Origin: Flavobacteriales bacterium | GTDB lineage: Bacteria > Bacteroidota > Bacteroidia > NS11-12g > UBA9320 | Reading direction: 5' to 3' | Assembly (NCBI GenBank): GCA_020635435.1 | Contig: JACJZU010000003.1 | Location: forward strand, 258,066 to 322,065 | DNA length: 64,000 nucleotides | In this document: in pieces, positions 1 through 8,403 of the stretch | Position numbering within the stretch: the first letter of the stretch is position 1 | Layout: every line of letters begins with the position of its first letter | Program-made: the position numbers and the translations under genes | Notes under the pieces: model-generated | What the model saw: only the letters and a program-made list of their open reading frames with translations | The model's database searches: none | What the model was told of the DNA's origin: nothing

Positions 1-86
1 GATATTGTTGAAATACATGCTGCAAAAGTAGTTCGACCGGGAGAGAAAGTTCGCTCTAAAGCTGTCCGATGCGTGTATTTTTGAAC
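1..86 (+). CDS. 3-prime end of an upstream gene (partial, C-terminal ~28 aa, ...DIVEIHAAKVVRPGEKVRSKAVRCVYF*)
   Basis: Frame 1 is open from the window edge to a TGA at 84-86. The next gene starts with GTG at 88, which suggests translational coupling. No family assignment is possible from 28 aa. Confidence 0.3.
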
Positions 87-87
87 G

Positions 88-957
88 GTGCGTGTAAGTG
101 GATTCACCTTTGTGAGAAATGCGGTTAAACTGGACTATCCGGTAGTGGAGGCCATCCGCAGCATACTTCCACTTTGCGACGAGATGGTAGTAGCCGTGGG
201 GAATAGTGAGGATTCCACGCTGAAACTTGTGCGATCCATCGACCCAAAGATCCGGATCATTGAAACCACCTGGGACGATTCGCTTCGCGAGGGTGGTCGT
301 GTTCTGGCGATTGAAACAGATAAGGCAAAAGCTGCCGTAGATCCGTCGAGTGATTGGTTGATCTATATACAGGCCGACGAATGCATCCACGAAAAGTATC
401 ACAAGAATATCGAATTGGCTATGCACGAACACCTCACGCACAAGGATGTGGATGGCCTGTTGCTGAAATACCTACATTTTTATGGGTCTTACGATTTTAT
501 TGGAGACAGCAGGACCTGGTATCGACAAGAGATCCGGATCATCCGCAACGATCCGGCGATCCGTTCCTGGAAGGATGCCCAGGGATTTCGCAAAAATGGG
601 CGAAAACTGCAAGTGGCTCCGGTGGAGGCCTATGTATACCACTATGGCTGGGTTCGACATCCAAGATATATGATGGCAAAGTCCCTGGAGGCCAACAAAT
701 ACTGGCACGATGATCAATGGATCGCGGAGCGATTTGATGCTGAAAAGGATTTCGACTACAGCAAGATCGATTCCCTCAAGCCCTTTACGGGTACACATCC
801 GGCGGTAATGCAAGAGCGCATCAGGAATATGAACTGGACCTTTGATAAAGATCCATCGGAAAAGCGATTCGGATTTAAAGCCGGCCTGCTCTATTGGGTA
901 GAGCGTTATACCGGGTGGCGCATAGGCGAACACAGAAATTTTAAATTGGTTCGTTAG
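88..957 (+). CDS. Glycosyltransferase family 2-like protein
   Basis: 289-aa ORF starting with GTG, beginning MRVSGFTFVRNAVKLDYPVVEAI...DEMVVAVGNSEDSTL...WLIYIQADE. This matches the widespread Bacteroidota GT2-like family that begins MKVSGFT(F/I)(V/I)RNA. No signal peptide. Confidence 0.6.
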   Translation: MRVSGFTFVRNAVKLDYPVVEAIRSILPLCDEMVVAVGNSEDSTLKLVRSIDPKIRIIETTWDDSLREGGRVLAIETDKAKAAVDPSSDWLIYIQADECIHEKYHKNIELAMHEHLTHKDVDGLLLKYLHFYGSYDFIGDSRTWYRQEIRIIRNDPAIRSWKDAQGFRKNGRKLQVAPVEAYVYHYGWVRHPRYMMAKSLEANKYWHDDQWIAERFDAEKDFDYSKIDSLKPFTGTHPAVMQERIRNMNWTFDKDPSEKRFGFKAGLLYWVERYTGWRIGEHRNFKLVR

Positions 958-1008
958 AGATCACTCTTTTTCGTATTTTGGTGCAGTTCAACACGAAAAC
1001 CCCAGACT

Positions 1009-1734
1009 ATGAATTATAACAGAAATTCCAAAGCCATTTTATTGGGCATCCTCACTTCGGCCTTGTTCGTATCCTGTGGAGACGACGGTGAAAGTAGCGG
1101 TACGGCAGGAGATGTTTCCGGAACCATAGAAGTTTACCAAACCGGTGAACGCCGATTTGTAATCGATGCTCAGAACATTACAGCAGACATAACCCTGATC
1201 GGTGCGGGCGGAGGAGGAGCGGGAGGAACGGATTTTAATGGCGGAACTACGCATTCCACAGGTGGTGGCGGAGGAGGCGGAGCCGGCGAGATCATCGAGT
1301 TGAAGAATGTATCCTTTGAATCCGGAGCCAGTTATATCGCATTCGTAGGCGAAGGCGGTGCAGGTGGAGCAGGAGGTAAGCATGGAGCAGATGGACAGAG
1401 TTCCTATATTTTGCGGCAAACACTGAATGAGCGGGTGCACGAGGCACAGGGAGGATCCGGTGGCAAAACAGGGACTATCCAAACCAAACCCGGTGGCTTG
1501 GGCGGTGCAGGTTTTCCTGCAGGTACCGCCGGTACCGATGGCGTGGATAAGGGGGCCAACAACGAAGCCGCAGCCGGAACAGGTGGAACCGGCGGCGATA
1601 ACGGAAGGGATTTTGGTGCAGGTGGAGGTGGTGGAAAAGGAACAGGAGTAAGCTCCAACAATCCCGTGCTGCCCACAGCCGGTGCCAAAGGGAAAAACGG
1701 CTACATCAAGATCGAGTGGAAAGGTAGAAAGTAA
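1009..1734 (+). CDS. Glycine-rich secreted lipoprotein (hypothetical)
   Basis: N-terminus MNYNRNSKAILLGILTSALFVSCGDDG is a lipoprotein signal ending in a lipobox-like VSCG. The body is dominated by GGGGAGG and GGxGG tracts (roughly 40% Gly). The ORF is clean, with no competing frame apart from antisense artefacts. Confidence 0.6.
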   Translation: MNYNRNSKAILLGILTSALFVSCGDDGESSGTAGDVSGTIEVYQTGERRFVIDAQNITADITLIGAGGGGAGGTDFNGGTTHSTGGGGGGGAGEIIELKNVSFESGASYIAFVGEGGAGGAGGKHGADGQSSYILRQTLNERVHEAQGGSGGKTGTIQTKPGGLGGAGFPAGTAGTDGVDKGANNEAAAGTGGTGGDNGRDFGAGGGGGKGTGVSSNNPVLPTAGAKGKNGYIKIEWKGRK

Positions 1735-2084
1735 AAGTCAACTCCCCGGCCATATAGCTGAAGTAAGTTATTCTGTTCCGTTTTGTTGGATGCCGGGCTC
1801 CTTTACCCGTTCCAGAGTTTATTTCTTTCTTTACTACTTGGGAAGCCGTCCAAATTTGTGGGTAAAGGCAAAGTACCGTTTGCAGAGGGGCATGAGTTTG
1901 TCGACTAAGGTCGCAGCGCACATTGAATGGATTAATCACTAAAGTTGGTGAGTTGCCGACACGATCGAATTGCCTTCAATAATCTGTGATAAGATCGCTT
2001 TTGACTTGAATTTGGGATGCAAGAAGTACCAAAAAAATGCACCTTAGTTCAGAACAACACCATCGTTCCGACTCAATCTGGATC

Positions 2085-3056
2085 TTATTCATGCACTAAA
2101 GCCATTTGGGTTCGTGTGCCATAGATCTTCAAACTTCCTCTTTTCGAGTAAAACAGGACATCTTCGTTTTCTGAACCCGGAAAGGTACAGGCTAAATAAC
2201 CGAGTTTCCCGGGTGAAAAAGTCCGTATACCTCCAGCATTGGAGTATCCTAGCAAAACACCTTCGTAACCCAACGCCAGTGCAACGGTGTGACGATGCTT
2301 CATATAAGGATGCCAGGTAATGGCATCTGTGGAAGCATAAACTCCCTCCGAGTCGTTCACAGCAAAAATGGTGTCTTTAAAGGCATCTACGGCCTGAAAG
2401 CCTGTCCATGTTTTATAACTTTTGGCAAAAGGGATCTCTGCAATATTTTGCAAACCGGTATCTAAAAAAAGTAAGGTTGAATTCCCGCAACCGATGATCC
2501 ATCCTTTTCCGGTATTATAGAAGCATTGCAAATCGGTCTTTTTGAATTCAGGTAGTACCTCGTTCCAGGAAATTCCGCCATCGATACTATAAAAAAGCAA
2601 AGCGTCTGCCTCACTTTCAAAACCGAAAGATGTACTCAAAGATCCCACCAGGAGGATTTCATCGTTTCCGCCCAAACATGAAAACATGTATTCCGTTCTG
2701 GGTTCCGGTAATTTTGAAATATCCGGACTCACATCCTTCCAGTAATTTCCCTCAAGGATGAATTTTTTCACCTTGTGTTGCTGCAGCAAATAGAGATCAT
2801 CCTTGTGAACGAGGAATCCATCTCCAAAGCCCTCTGTCAATAAGCCGGTATTGTGTCGTTCCAGCTTTCGATTTGAAGTATCATATTCAAATACGTCCAA
2901 ACCGGATGTACATATCCAGAGATTGCCATTGTAAAAGACATGACCGGAGATGCGTCCCGGAATGTCGACAAAAAGCGTGTCGTGTCTGGCAAATGATGAA
3001 GTTGCAGTTGTTGCAATCGTCAAGATGGTCATACATAAACAGATCAGTCTTTCCAT
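2085..3056 (-). CDS. BNR/Asp-box repeat protein (Ycf48/sialidase-like beta-propeller), secreted
   Basis: 323 aa with N-terminal signal peptide (MERLICLCMTILTIATTATSSFA). Asp-box-like motif SIDGGISWNEV. Repeated aromatic/Gly-rich blades. Confidence 0.55.
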   Translation of the reverse strand: MERLICLCMTILTIATTATSSFARHDTLFVDIPGRISGHVFYNGNLWICTSGLDVFEYDTSNRKLERHNTGLLTEGFGDGFLVHKDDLYLLQQHKVKKFILEGNYWKDVSPDISKLPEPRTEYMFSCLGGNDEILLVGSLSTSFGFESEADALLFYSIDGGISWNEVLPEFKKTDLQCFYNTGKGWIIGCGNSTLLFLDTGLQNIAEIPFAKSYKTWTGFQAVDAFKDTIFAVNDSEGVYASTDAITWHPYMKHRHTVALALGYEGVLLGYSNAGGIRTFSPGKLGYLACTFPGSENEDVLFYSKRGSLKIYGTRTQMALVHE

Positions 3057-3523
3057 ATAATTTGTCCTAAACTGCTCCCAATTGAGTCGTAAAAAGTGAT
3101 CCGGTATTTAATACTATCGTACGAAGTGGTCACAAAAGTATCAACCAAACATTCCTCCCCCCATTCATTGGCGAGAAGGTTGGATGAAAAAAGTTGGTAG
3201 TTTGCATCGTTCAAGGCTTTTTCAATGCCCAGATGATGGATCATAGAAGGGCTGTAATCTGGGAAATCAAATCCAAAGGTTAAAGAATTCTCAGGTAAGA
3301 TTCCGTAAGTGACCGGATTGAAATGCCAGCATTCGTAACGGATTGATCCGTCAATACCTTTTACACGGACACACTTGTGTTCTGGTAGGTTGTTCATGCA
3401 ATTCTCAGTGTGCTCAGTTGACAAACAGGATCCGGCACATCTTGGATGTTCGGTCCCACAACCCGGTTTCGGTGCCAGAATCCGATCGCAGTCGGGTATG
3501 CGCATAGCAATAGACAAAATCAA
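3044..3523 (-). CDS. Hypothetical Cys-rich protein (possibly starts at an internal Met near 3397)
   Basis: 159-aa ORF that overlaps the stop of the downstream BNR gene by 13 nt, suggesting an operon. The N-terminal 40 aa are Cys-rich and low-complexity, so the true start may be the internal MNNLPEHKC. No family is recognised. Confidence 0.35.
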   Translation of the reverse strand: MILSIAMRIPDCDRILAPKPGCGTEHPRCAGSCLSTEHTENCMNNLPEHKCVRVKGIDGSIRYECWHFNPVTYGILPENSLTFGFDFPDYSPSMIHHLGIEKALNDANYQLFSSNLLANEWGEECLVDTFVTTSYDSIKYRITFYDSIGSSLGQIIWKD

Positions 3524-3566
3524 TGATAATGACAGGATAAACGGGATGAACTCAGACCTAAACGAC

Positions 3567-3612
3567 CGTTGGAGCGTTGGAGCGTTGGAGCGTTGGAGCG
3601 TTGGAGCGTTGG
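3567..3612. repeat. 8-bp microsatellite (CGTTGGAG)x~5.75 in the upstream region of the 3044..3523 gene
   Basis: The run cgttggagcgttggagcgttggagcgttggagcgttggaag can be read directly from the sequence. Confidence 0.9.
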
Positions 3613-3914
3613 AAGATTGTTAATCATACGTCGAATATAACCCAATTGGGTTACAAGTACAATTTGAAGTCCCTTTGTTGTATCTTATTTTGACATATGT
3701 CTGATTCGCCTGAAGGGCTTACCAAATAATCGAATTTAGTGCGGCTCTAATGGTGTGCTGCGCAAGTTTTAATCGATAGGGACTAGCTATTCGAGCTTCG
3801 GGTTTATTGCGCAGATTGAGGCGAACATTGCGCGGATCAGGATCTGAATGGCTTTGGGTAGAATGTTGCTTCGGGAACGGATACGAACCGATCATTCTTT
3901 GGGTGCGACCCCGC

Positions 3915-3945
3915 AAGGAATTCAAGTCGCGCGCGTGAATTCCTT
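3915..3945. terminator. Perfect 10-bp-stem palindrome (AAGGAATTCA-N11-TGAATTCCTT) just downstream of the dipeptidase stop. Candidate terminator or protein-binding palindrome.
   Basis: The stem arms are exact reverse complements and contain two GAATTC sites. There is no clean U-tract on either side, so terminator function is uncertain. Confidence 0.3.
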
Positions 3946-3977
3946 TTCAAGGGTCAGGGCTCGGATGTTCCTTAGGC

Positions 3978-5654
3978 CTAACTCATGGCAGTACCCTGCA
4001 TGTTACCAGCGTTTCCCGAAGCGTCCGAAGGCTTCTCATAGGAAACAGGTCCATTTTGATAACCTACCGCATCACGCCACCACTTGGAATATCCCACATC
4101 CTGTCCGATCGTTGGATTATTCACAAAGCCGGAGGCATATTTCTGGATGAGATAATTGCTCAGATCGGTCCAGGAATCGAGCACAGTTGCGGCATTTTGG
4201 TGGCAGAAATCGGTGAGCATGGCCCGGGCTTTTTCCGGATCGGTTTCGTAAGCATCCAATGCCCGCTCATCCATCCATGCGATTTGTGCGATCTCGGCCT
4301 TTTCCAGTTCGCTCTGACGGGCTTTGATATCCTCGATCATCATAGCGTAGTTCAGTCTGGCCCAGTTCGCAACAAAATTCATCTTCCAAAAGGCCTTACT
4401 GGGGTCGTATGTAGCCGGATTGATCTCCTGAAATGAAGCAGGTAACGATTTAATACCTGCATAGAATGGGACATAACAAGTTGACATGGGTTGATCCGGT
4501 CCGAACCAGCAGATCCCGCCGATCGGGTCGGGCAGATGGGGGCGGATATGATTGATGAAACTGTAACCGCAGTAATACACGGAAACCGGTCGTTCAAAGG
4601 CACCTGTAAGGTCGGTTCCGGGTTGTACTACGTTCTTCTGACTTCCGTCGTAGGCGTAGTTGTACAAGCGATTTGGATCGCCGTATGGCCCGGCTGCCAG
4701 CCCTTTCGTCATGTCGAATTCCGTTCCCTGGTACTGATCGCGGTGGAGGTAACGCACATCATCAAAGCTCAAAGGTTTTTCCGGCTTGATCGAAAATGGA
4801 TAATCTTTTGTATAAGGGCCGTCCACCCAGGGACTTAATTTTAGTGAGGGGTTGATGCGGTTGAAGCAACTCCATACACGTCGGAGCGAATAGTAGGGAT
4901 GATTGTACTCGCCAAAACTGACGGTTTTACACCAATCCAGCGGACCTTCGGATGGGTCATACCACCCCAGCTTTTCGCAAGCTTCCCACAGATAGCTGCA
5001 GAACATAAAATTGGGATCTTCCGGATCGATATCCCGGATTCGGAATTCGTTGGCCGCCACGAACACTTCTCCATCCGGAACGCGTTGAGCCACCCAAAGA
5101 TCTCCCTGATCTTCAGTGGCGCACATTTCGAAGACCCAACCTTCTTCCTTATCGGCCACGAGTAGCGTTTCACCGGTGTCGTAATAACCATATTCTTCGA
5201 TCAGCGATCCCATCAAACGGATGGCCTCACGAGCTGTTTTGCAGCGCTCAAGGGCTACCCGCGATAGTGAACTCGAGTAAAAGAGCCGTTTACCGGGTGT
5301 TGCGGTGGAACCATAGCGCTGTGCCGCGTCGGTACATTCGCCCATGGCCAGCTGATGCTCGTTCATTATGCCATAATTTCCGTCGAAGTAGGCATAGGTG
5401 TGCTCCACTTGTGGTATGTAGCCAAGTATTTCAGAATGTTCCGGAGAGGTATTGTAACCCGGTCCGAGCTGATCTGTGACCACTCTTGGATAATTGGTAC
5501 TGCATTTATATACCGGTCGCATGCTTCCCGCAGGATGGTCGGCTGCAGGAACGTAAACCATTCTCTGATCGCCTATATCATCGTCGTCAGAGTGGGAAAC
5601 ATAAATGGAGCCGTCGATTGTTGCGCCTTTGGTTATTAGAATAGTCGTACACAT
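3978..5654 (-). CDS. Peptidase family C69 dipeptidase (N-terminal nucleophile Cys)
   Basis: The mature-looking N-terminus MCTTILITKGATIDGS matches the C69 dipeptidase hallmark. The ORF-track N-terminal extension (start 5807) is translation of the upstream microsatellite. The first ATG in frame after the repeats is at 5654. Confidence 0.8.
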   Translation of the reverse strand: MCTTILITKGATIDGSIYVSHSDDDDIGDQRMVYVPAADHPAGSMRPVYKCSTNYPRVVTDQLGPGYNTSPEHSEILGYIPQVEHTYAYFDGNYGIMNEHQLAMGECTDAAQRYGSTATPGKRLFYSSSLSRVALERCKTAREAIRLMGSLIEEYGYYDTGETLLVADKEEGWVFEMCATEDQGDLWVAQRVPDGEVFVAANEFRIRDIDPEDPNFMFCSYLWEACEKLGWYDPSEGPLDWCKTVSFGEYNHPYYSLRRVWSCFNRINPSLKLSPWVDGPYTKDYPFSIKPEKPLSFDDVRYLHRDQYQGTEFDMTKGLAAGPYGDPNRLYNYAYDGSQKNVVQPGTDLTGAFERPVSVYYCGYSFINHIRPHLPDPIGGICWFGPDQPMSTCYVPFYAGIKSLPASFQEINPATYDPSKAFWKMNFVANWARLNYAMMIEDIKARQSELEKAEIAQIAWMDERALDAYETDPEKARAMLTDFCHQNAATVLDSWTDLSNYLIQKYASGFVNNPTIGQDVGYSKWWRDAVGYQNGPVSYEKPSDASGNAGNMQGTAMS

Positions 5655-5704
5655 AGTTTTTCGGTGAGGTGTAGACAAACTTAAGGTTTTTGGGGGATTC
5701 GGGG

Positions 5705-5792
5705 GATGGGGGGATGGGAGGATGGGAGGATGGGAAGATAGGAAGATAGGAAGATAGGAGTATAGGAGTATAGGAGTATAGAAGGATGGGTG
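5705..5792. repeat. Degenerate 8-bp microsatellite, ~11 units drifting ATGGGAGG -> ATGGGAAG -> ATAGGAAG -> ATAGGAGT, 50-140 bp upstream of the C69 dipeptidase start
   Basis: Read directly from the sequence: ggatgggaggatgggaggatgggaagataggaagataggaagataggagtataggagtataggagtatagaagg. Confidence 0.9.
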
Positions 5793-6400
5793 ATTTCTTT
5801 GCACCACAGATTACACAGATCCACACGGATCTTGCACAGATTCCTTCCGCTATCTGTGTTAATCTGTGTGCATCTGTGGTGAAATGGCGACGGGAATTTT
5901 TTGCACCACAGATTACACAGATCCACACAGATCTTGCACAGATTCCTTCCGCTATCTGTGTTAATCTGTGTGCATCTGTGGTGAAATGGCGACGGGAATT
6001 TTTTGCACCACAGATTACACAGATCCACACAGATCTTGCACAGATTCCTTCCGCTATCTGTGTTAATCTGTGTGCATCTGTGGTGAAATGGCGACGGGAA
6101 TTTTTTGCACCACAGATTACTCAGATCCACACGGATTTTGCACAGATTACTTATTCCTTCCGCTATCTGTGTTAATCTGTGTGCATCTGTGGTGAAATGG
6201 CGATGGGAATTTTTTGCACCACAGATTACTCAGATCCACACGGATTTTGCACAGATTACTTCATCCTTCCGATATCTGTGTTAATCTGTGTAATCTGTGG
6301 TTAACCTGCGACGTGAAATCTTTACACCACAGAATACACAGATTACTTTTTCCATCGGGTATCTACACGAATCGATGTGCATCTGGGGTCAACATCAGGA
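5793..6400. repeat. Tandem array of 6 units (four near-identical at 102 bp, two degenerate at ~109 bp). Each unit has 4 direct CACAGAT and 3 inverted ATCTGTG heptamers at 9-12-bp spacing.
   Basis: Unit starts marked by GCACCACAG at 5801, 5903, 6005, 6107 and 6216, with a degenerate copy at ~6325. Unit consensus: ttgcaccacagattacacagatccacacagatcttgcacagattccttccgctatctgtgttaatctgtgtgcatctgtggtgaaatggcgacgggaatttt. This is not a CRISPR array, because the whole units including the would-be spacers are identical. Confidence 0.9.
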
Positions 6401-6448
6401 GTTACGAGTTGCTCCTTCCATCCTAATGGCTAAAGATGCAATATCTAT

Positions 6449-6811
6449 TCAGATTTTCTTGATAAATCCCCGCTCAAGATGGAGAAACTCGACCATTTCA
6501 GCCGTTTTCATCGGCTCAGAGGCAGGTGTCACGAAACATTTGAACATACCCGAGCTGCGTAAATATTCCTGTTGTCGCTCAACATGATGTTGGAAGGCCG
6601 GTTTATCGGCATATACTTCAAAAAACAGCACCTCATTGGGGTATGGAGTTGGATCCGATACCAGGTCCGGATCGTTGAGTGGGCGATGAATCAAGTAAAC
6701 TAAAGTACCCGGCTCTTCCATGGCCATTTTCTCAAATTGTTGAAGCGCAAGCTCCGCTTCATCGGTTTGGGATTCACGGATCAACCATCGGGAAATTAAG
6801 TGCAGTGCCAT
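6449..6811 (-). CDS. Antibiotic biosynthesis monooxygenase (ABM) domain protein / putative quinol monooxygenase
   Basis: 120 aa with ABM-like fold signature (VLFFEVYADKPAFQHHVERQQEYL). The size is typical of ABM-domain proteins. Confidence 0.55.
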   Translation of the reverse strand: MALHLISRWLIRESQTDEAELALQQFEKMAMEEPGTLVYLIHRPLNDPDLVSDPTPYPNEVLFFEVYADKPAFQHHVERQQEYLRSSGMFKCFVTPASEPMKTAEMVEFLHLERGFIKKI

Positions 6812-6872
6812 AATCTTCTAAGTTCATCTGCATCCTATTCAGTCCGGGATGGTCTAAACGAAATGCACCTGT

Positions 6873-7715
6873 TCACAAATTAAAGAATTCCATCGTCTCT
6901 TCCACCACCAATTCCAGGTCTTCGGTCAAATATTCTTCATCCCATGGATGCTTCCCACCAAAGGTATGGCCCGCGTCCTCCAATTCAACAAAAACCGCAT
7001 GATCAATGATCTCAGACAGCTTATACGCATCGGTTATGGACACCGTTTCATCTGCTGTACCGTGTACGATCATACATGGTATGTTCAGCTCATCCGCTCT
7101 CCGCAAGAGGTCGAACCGATCCCAGTTCGCAATGATATCCTCCTTAAATGCATAAAGCAGCGGGTAGACCTGTTTCGTACGCCCATTTTCGATGGGAACG
7201 AACCCCCGCGACGACCAGTTTGCATCCGAATCCAAGCGCGCATATTTATGCAGATCTGCGGGTGCAGACCAGGTCACAATTTTTCGGATACGCTTATCTT
7301 CCAGGGCCTTCAGCAGGAGCATCGCTCCCCCTAAACTGTGACCTACGGCATTTATCTCAGAACTATCCAGAACAGGGAGTTCCGTTGAACTCTGCAATTC
7401 GATCCATTCCAGCACCAAACCGATATCCTCTAATTGCCTGCTGAATGTATTGGATCCGAAATTCTCCGGATCGGTAATGTCGCTCAGATCTTCGGCAGAT
7501 ACCCCGTTATGCGAAAAGTTCATCTTGATAACGGCGAAACCCGCTTCGGCCCAAATATCCGCGATGGCGTGAAAAGGCCCCCAATCCTTGAAGCCTTTCC
7601 AACCGTGACAAAAAAGGATCACCGGCAATTTGCCGGAATTTTCCGGATAACGAAGATCAAGGGAGAGCGGTGCTCCATTCTCCCCACCCAGTAGATATTC
7701 TTTTCTAAGGATCAA
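6873..7715 (-). CDS. Alpha/beta hydrolase (dienelactone hydrolase / S9-like serine hydrolase)
   Basis: GxSxG nucleophile elbow AVGHSLGGAM. The downstream Asp and His fall in positions typical of this fold (HGTADETV...AGHTFGG). 280 aa. Confidence 0.7.
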   Translation of the reverse strand: MILRKEYLLGGENGAPLSLDLRYPENSGKLPVILFCHGWKGFKDWGPFHAIADIWAEAGFAVIKMNFSHNGVSAEDLSDITDPENFGSNTFSRQLEDIGLVLEWIELQSSTELPVLDSSEINAVGHSLGGAMLLLKALEDKRIRKIVTWSAPADLHKYARLDSDANWSSRGFVPIENGRTKQVYPLLYAFKEDIIANWDRFDLLRRADELNIPCMIVHGTADETVSITDAYKLSEIIDHAVFVELEDAGHTFGGKHPWDEEYLTEDLELVVEETMEFFNL

Positions 7716-8333
7716 TTATTTCAGTTTTGTAAAAGTGGCAGGTGCATCAAATGCCTTAGCTAAGGCTCCAACCCGTACGATCCGAACTTTCTCCATGCGA
7801 TCACCGATCTGGATCTTTTGGATAACATCCAAACCGTAAACAACAGAACCAAACACGTTGTAACTGCCATCCAGAAAGTTCGTACTCTTGAGTGTGACGT
7901 AGAATTGGCTTCCGTTCGTATTGGGACCGGCGTTAGCCATTGCAACCACACCGGCACTGTCGTGTTTCAGGGTAGGATGTATCTCCTGCCGGAAATTGTA
8001 GCCCGGACCACCACGACCATCACCCAGTGGATCGCCTCCCTGGATCACAAAATCAGGCACAACCCGGTGAAAGGTCAACCCATCGAAGTAGGGCTCTCCC
8101 TGCTTGCGCACCTTATTCTCGATCGTTCCCTCGGCCAAACCCACAAAACTGGCAACCGTTAAGGGTGCTTTCTCATGTTCAAGTCTTATACAGAACGTGC
8201 CCCGGTTGGTTTCGATCACTCCGTACAGACCGTCGCCCAAGTGATTTTGGCGCACTACACGCTTGTATGGATCGCAGGCTACCATCAACAGGCCGATCAC
8301 GATTGCGGTCAAGGTTGTTCTCATAGCGAACAA
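7716..8333 (-). CDS. ppiA: Peptidyl-prolyl cis-trans isomerase, cyclophilin type, lipoprotein
   Basis: Cyclophilin signature [25 protein letters not shown]. Lipoprotein signal ...LLMVAC. The stop abuts the start of the downstream hydrolase gene, giving zero spacing. Confidence 0.85.
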   Translation of the reverse strand: MFAMRTTLTAIVIGLLMVACDPYKRVVRQNHLGDGLYGVIETNRGTFCIRLEHEKAPLTVASFVGLAEGTIENKVRKQGEPYFDGLTFHRVVPDFVIQGGDPLGDGRGGPGYNFRQEIHPTLKHDSAGVVAMANAGPNTNGSQFYVTLKSTNFLDGSYNVFGSVVYGLDVIQKIQIGDRMEKVRIVRVGALAKAFDAPATFTKLK

Positions 8334-8403
8334 ATTTAGGCCACGAAACGATTCAAAACGGAATTGTGAAAGCCATTACCGTAATTTGCCGGCCTTATTA
8401 AGT

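Noticed and set aside
1404-1688. 94-aa proline-rich antisense ORF inside the glycine-rich lipoprotein gene
   Set aside because: It is the mirror of GGN glycine codons (NCC = Pro). It is an antisense artefact of the Gly-tract gene.
3620-3977. Possible tmRNA, RNase P RNA or SRP RNA in the long intergenic region
   Set aside because: I could not find the invariant motifs: the tmRNA tRNA-like ends GGGG...CCACCA with a tag ORF, the RNase P AAGUCCGG P4, or the SRP GGAA tetraloop context. It is retained only as a generic ncRNA candidate.
3978-5807. ORF-track 609-aa version of the dipeptidase starting at 5807
   Set aside because: The first 51 residues are a translation of the octamer microsatellite (PILLYSYLPIFLSSHPPILPSPHPP...). 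The family-defining N-terminal Cys follows the Met at 5654.
5587-6175. Three long ORFs (147-149 aa on the minus strand, 129 aa on the plus strand) encoding repetitive peptides such as ICVICGAKNSRRHFTTDAHRLTQIAEG across the tandem array
   Set aside because: The repetition and the openness in several frames simultaneously are a consequence of the DNA tandem repeat. There is no start context, no RBS-like signal and no codon-usage support. They are treated as non-coding.
5793-6400. Possibility that the tandem array is a CRISPR locus
   Set aside because: The whole ~102-bp units, including what would be spacers, are identical between copies. No cas genes are in the window. The internal structure is heptamer iterons, not repeat-spacer.
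5793-6400. Possibility that the iteron array is the chromosomal origin (oriC)
   Set aside because: There is only a weak DnaA-box-like match (GATCCACAC) per unit, and dnaA, dnaN or gidA are not nearby. This is kept as a check rather than a call.
8263-8403. N-terminal 47-aa extension of prfC
   Set aside because: It overlaps the PPIase gene on the opposite strand and is not homologous to RF3. The conserved RF3 N-terminus begins at the Met at 8404.
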